This document shows, one piece after another, positions 60,123 through 64,000 of a DNA stretch of 64,000 nucleotides. The notes under the pieces are model-generated. The model was given only the letters and a program-made list of their open reading frames with translations, made no database searches and was not told the DNA's origin. Both the position numbers and the translations under genes were made by a program. Within the stretch, counting starts at the first letter, position 1, and the number at the start of each line of letters is the position of its first letter. The stretch lies in the NCBI GenBank assembly GCA_963836185.1, contig CAWIIQ010000001.1:1408001-1472000 (forward strand). Direction: 5' to 3'. This stretch comes from Candidatus Krumholzibacteriia bacterium. Lineage in GTDB: Bacteria > Krumholzibacteriota > Krumholzibacteriia > Krumholzibacteriales > Krumholzibacteriaceae.

Positions 60123-60974
60123 ATGGCAATCGAGAAGGTCGCCGTAATAGGCGCCGGAACGATGGGGAACGGGATCGCGCAGGTATTCGCGGCCAAAGGA
60201 TTCTCCGTCATGATGATCGACATAAAGGACGAGTTCGTGCAGAAGGGCGTCGCGGCGATCGACAAGAGCCTTTCGCGCCTTGTTAAAAAGGAGAAGATCT
60301 CCGAGGACGCGAAGAACGAGATCCTCGGCCGAGTATCGACTTCCACAGAGCTGTCGGCAGCAAAGGATGCCGGCCTTGTCATCGAGGCGGTCTTCGAGGA
60401 CTTCGACGTCAAGACGAAGATATTCGGTGAGCTCGATGGAGTATGCGGGCCCGATGTAATCTTCGCGAGCAATACCTCGTCGATCTCGATAACTGCGATA
60501 GGCGCGACGACGTCGCGGCCGGAGAAGTTCATCGGGATGCATTTCATGAATCCCGTTCCGATGATGAAGCTCGTCGAGATCATCCGCGGCCTGGCCACCG
60601 ATGATGCCACGGCCAGGACGATCAACGAGTTGAGTGAGAAGCTCGGGAAGACCCCGATCGAGGTCAACGACTACCCCGGGTTCATCGCAAACAGGATACT
60701 GATGCCGATGATCAACGAGGCCTGTTTCTGCCTGATGGAAGGGGTCGCGACCGCCGAGGCTATCGACGGCGTGATGAAGCTCGGTATGGCGCATCCGATG
60801 GGCCCGCTGCAGCTCGCCGATCTTATCGGTCTCGACATCTGCCTCAATATCCTCAGGGTCCTTCACGACGGGCTCGGGGATCCGAAGTACAGGCCTTGCC
60901 CTCTGCTCGTTAAGAAGGTTGAGGCGGGATACCTCGGACGTAAGACAAAGAAGGGTTTCTACGACTACGAGTAG
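60123..60974 (+). CDS. hbd: 3-hydroxybutyryl-CoA dehydrogenase
   Basis: [54 protein letters not shown]. Confidence 0.93.
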   Translation: MAIEKVAVIGAGTMGNGIAQVFAAKGFSVMMIDIKDEFVQKGVAAIDKSLSRLVKKEKISEDAKNEILGRVSTSTELSAAKDAGLVIEAVFEDFDVKTKIFGELDGVCGPDVIFASNTSSISITAIGATTSRPEKFIGMHFMNPVPMMKLVEIIRGLATDDATARTINELSEKLGKTPIEVNDYPGFIANRILMPMINEACFCLMEGVATAEAIDGVMKLGMAHPMGPLQLADLIGLDICLNILRVLHDGLGDPKYRPCPLLVKKVEAGYLGRKTKKGFYDYE

Positions 60975-60999
60975 GTCCGTGCGGAGATCAGTGTGAATG

Positions 61000-61037
61000 A
61001 TGAGGCGCGCTCCAAAAGGGCGCGCCTCATATTTATT
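61000..61037. terminator. Hairpin between convergent genes (probable terminator)
   Basis: ATGAGGCGCGC-N9-GCGCGCCTCAT followed by ATTTATT. Confidence 0.65.
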
Positions 61038-61075
61038 GTTCCTGGAATAATGTCACTCTGTTATGCAGGTATCTT

Positions 61076-61831
61076 CTATTCGAATATCCCCGCCTCCACA
61101 TAGAACCACTGACCATCGCGCTGTCCATAGAACCAGGCCATTCGATCGCTGCTGCCTGGATTCAGGGGCGTAAACCCACAGCATTTATATCTGACGATAT
61201 CGTCATATGTGTTCGAGACAGTATTTCCATTGTATGAGAGTCCATATTGGTCATTTTCATCTCTGAAGAGGAACAGGACATGGCCATTCAGGATTCTGTA
61301 ATGGAACACGGCGGGATAGCCTGATGCTTCGTTTTGATTGATGCAGTTCACATAGACCACATCGATGAACTCTATGACGTAACTGTCCTTCCAGGCGTAA
61401 GCAATCTGAAATGCTCCTGCGACTGGCGATCCTCTGGCAATGATATCACACCTTGTCTGATCATCCTCTGAGACCAGCACATGGATCTCCTCCTCCATCC
61501 CGACTGTTTCTCGCTCCAGGATCTCAAGAGTTACAATCTTCGATGGAAGTTCAAGAACACAAACCTCAGAATATAGCTGATGCTGATAGATCAGATTTGC
61601 CATTGCTTTCGTAGAGCGCCATTCAGCACGTCTGGATATGATTGACGAATCGCTCCAAACTTGCAGACGCTCTAAATCTTCCAGGGCTAACTCTTTCGTC
61701 GAGCCAAGCTCATATTCTTCTACGATCAATGTTTTTGATTCAGTGGTATTCGCGGATGTCAGGCAGACTGATAGCGCCAGACATCCCATAATTAGAATAA
61801 GGCTGATACGCTTCAAAGCCACTCCGCTCAA
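61076..61831 (-). CDS. Hypothetical exported protein; visibly more AT-rich than its neighbours
   Basis: 251-aa ORF with signal-peptide-like N-terminus; no recognisable family. Confidence 0.65.
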   Translation of the reverse strand: MSGVALKRISLILIMGCLALSVCLTSANTTESKTLIVEEYELGSTKELALEDLERLQVWSDSSIISRRAEWRSTKAMANLIYQHQLYSEVCVLELPSKIVTLEILERETVGMEEEIHVLVSEDDQTRCDIIARGSPVAGAFQIAYAWKDSYVIEFIDVVYVNCINQNEASGYPAVFHYRILNGHVLFLFRDENDQYGLSYNGNTVSNTYDDIVRYKCCGFTPLNPGSSDRMAWFYGQRDGQWFYVEAGIFE

Positions 61832-61950
61832 ATAATTACGCGTTACATTACTGATTCCCGAATTCAGCTATTATCTCGAGATATGGCGGTAGTCCTTCGG
61901 GTATTACATTATTTCCGAAAGTTGATTGCGCAAAAACAGGGTGGTAATAA

Positions 61951-61976
61951 ATTTACCGTCACCGGTGACGGTAAAT
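61951..61976. repeat. Perfect 26-bp palindrome
   Basis: ATTTACCGTCACCGGTGACGGTAAAT equals its own reverse complement. Confidence 0.85.
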
Positions 61977-61985
61977 AATCTTGCA

Positions 61986-62393
61986 CTACTCTTCCTCGAT
62001 CTCCAGCAGCACGCCGAGTGTCGACTTCGGATGCATGAAAGCGGTGAGGTGTCCCTCGGCGCCGGTCCGCGGTTCCTGGTCGATGAGCCGGACGCCGTCA
62101 TCGGCGAGCTCCTTCATCACTTTCCTGATATCATCGACCTCGAAGCTGAGGTGGTGGATGCCGGTGCCGCGCTTTTCGATGAATTTCGTGATGTTGCTCT
62201 CCGGAGTGGTGCCTTCGAGGAGCTCTATCTTGGTGTTGCCCGTCTCGAAGAATGCGACCTTGAGGCCTCGCTCGGGCATCTCCATCTCTTTTGTGAGGGT
62301 GAAGCCGAGGACTTCGCCGTAGAGCTTCTTCGCTTCTTCGAGATCGGTCACTGCGATGCCTATGTGTCCGAGTTTTCCGAGCCTGTCAGGCAT
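61986..62393 (-). CDS. mce: Methylmalonyl-CoA epimerase
   Basis: HIGIAV.DL, KIELLE, KFIEKRG.GIHH..F.V, FMHPKST.GVL.E. Confidence 0.93.
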   Translation of the reverse strand: MPDRLGKLGHIGIAVTDLEEAKKLYGEVLGFTLTKEMEMPERGLKVAFFETGNTKIELLEGTTPESNITKFIEKRGTGIHHLSFEVDDIRKVMKELADDGVRLIDQEPRTGAEGHLTAFMHPKSTLGVLLEIEEE

Positions 62394-62432
62394 GTTGTTC
62401 TCCGTATTCTATGATCAGGTTTACTTATATTA

Positions 62433-64000
62433 TCAGGAAGCTCCGGGCGAGTAGCGCCCGAATACCTTTTCCATCGATGCCGATATCTCGCCGAGTGTGC
62501 AGCCGCCCTTGACCGCCGCGATTATCGGCGGCATGAGATTGCCTGTGCCATGCGCAGTCTCTACGACATCGTTAAGCAGGCGGGCCGCTTCCGACGCGTC
62601 GCGCTGCTTTCTCATCCGGGCAAGGTTGTCGACATAGCTCTTCTCTATCTCGGGGTCGACCCTGAACTCGTTCTTTACCGTATAGTCACCGCCGGTGTAC
62701 TTGTTCACTCCGACTACGGTGATGTCCTCATGCTCGACGCCTCTCTGGTACTCCCACGAGGATCTCTCGATCTCTCTCTGGGGGAACTGAGCCTCGATAG
62801 CGTTCGCCATCCCGCCCATACCCTCGATCCTGTCCATCAGTTCGAGGATCTTCTCCTCGAGTTCATCTGTCATCTTCTCGACGAAATAGCTTCCGCCGAG
62901 GGGATCGATAGTCTCACAGACGCCTGATTCCTCAGCGATTATCTGCTGAGTGCGAAGAGCGGTAAGAGCCGATTCCTGGGAGGGGAGGCTGAGGGCCTCG
63001 TCTTTCGAGTTGGTGTGCAGCGACTGTGTTCCGCCGAGGACCGCGGCGAGGGCCTGCAGGGTGACGCGCACGACATTGTTCTCGATCTGCTGCGCGGTAA
63101 GGGAGCATCCGGCGGTCTGCGTGTGGAAGCGAAGGAGGCATGAATTCTTCTTCTTCGCCCCGAAACGTTCCTTCATTATCCTGGCGTAGATCCTTCTGGC
63201 GGCCCTGAACTTCGCGACCTCTTCGAGGACATTGTTGTGGACGCAGAAGAAGAAGGACAGCCTCGGCGCGAACTCGTCGACGTCGAGCCCTGCCTTTACA
63301 GCGGCGCCTACATACTCGACCGCGTCGGAAAGGGTGAACGCTACTTCCTGGACGGCGGACGAGCCTGCTTCGCGGATGTGGTACCCGCTTATCGATATCG
63401 TGTTCCACTTAGGGGCGTTTTCCTTGCACCAGGCGAATATATCGGTGATGATCCGCATCGAAGGGCCGGGAGGGTAGATGTAGGTGCCCCTCGCGTAATA
63501 TTCCTTCAGTATGTCGTTCTGAATCGTCCCCTTGATCGATTCGACAGGTACGCCTGTCTCTTCGGCGAGCGCTACGTACATAGCCAGCAGTATCGCGGCC
63601 GTCGCGTTGATCGTCATCGAAGTGCTGACCTTGTCGAGAGGGATGCCGCTGAGCAGGGTCCTGAAATCGTCGAGGGTAGTCTATCGCCACTCCGACCCTG
63701 CCTACTTCGCCGAAGGCCATGGGGGAGTCGGAATCGTATCCCATCTGTGTCGGCAGGTCGAAGGCGACAGAGAGCCCTGTCTGGCCCTTGTCGAGAAGGT
63801 ACCTGAATCGCTTGTTCGTCTCTTTGGCGCTGCCGAACCCGGCGTACTGGCGCATCGTCCAGAGGCGGCCCCTGTACATCGTCGGGTAGACGCCCCTGGT
63901 GAAGGGGTAGGAGCCGGGCATCCCGAGCCTGTCGTCGTATGAATCCTCCCGAGCATCGAGAGGAGTAGCGATCGGGCCGATCTCGATATCCGAGGTCGTG
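62433..64000 (-). CDS. Methylmalonyl-CoA mutase large subunit (5' end outside window; indel near 63680)
   Basis: [20 protein letters not shown] (Tyr), [17 protein letters not shown] (Arg), [20 protein letters not shown]; directly upstream of mce. Confidence 0.9.

Noticed and set aside
58586-60667. 693-aa antisense ORF, and similar long ones at 22632-24131, 55998-57152 and 57300-58259
   Set aside because: Shadow frames opposite well-conserved genes in GC-rich DNA, with no recognisable motifs.

Overview
A GC-rich diderm bacterial chromosome segment. The gene content (TamA/TamB, a second Omp85 protein, many beta-propeller lipoproteins, SWxxIK-tailed exported proteins) resembles FCB-related candidate phyla such as Krumholzibacteriota; this is inference only. 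Most of it is core genome: yqeY-cvpA-mutS2-cupin-dnaG-rpoD-tRNA(CAU); Zn-ribbon/RNase HI/rnpB/recJ/dtd/maf/yjbQ/mtnA; rplM-rpsI-rpsB-tsf-pyrH-frr-uppS-cdsA-dxr-rseP; tamA-tamB plus a peptidase/propeller/Omp85 protein; pcrA; gatCAB. It also has an ECF sigma/anti-sigma locus and two convergent B12-dependent acyl-CoA mutase operons, one isobutyryl-CoA-type and one methylmalonyl-CoA-type by active-site signature. Several genes, including essential dnaG and gatC, are broken by small indels, most likely assembly errors. I saw no CRISPR array, rRNA, intact transposase or integrase. The best leads are (i) a shared C-terminal S-W-x-x-I-K tail on two unrelated exported proteins, a candidate protein-sorting signal; (ii) an unassigned structured RNA at 11.5 kb; (iii) a decayed tRNA-Val with att-like repeats followed by a repeat-bounded orphan gene fragment; (iv) a Tat-signal aldo-keto-reductase-fold Fe-S protein lacking three of four catalytic residues. 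All calls come from reading the sequence; no searches were run.
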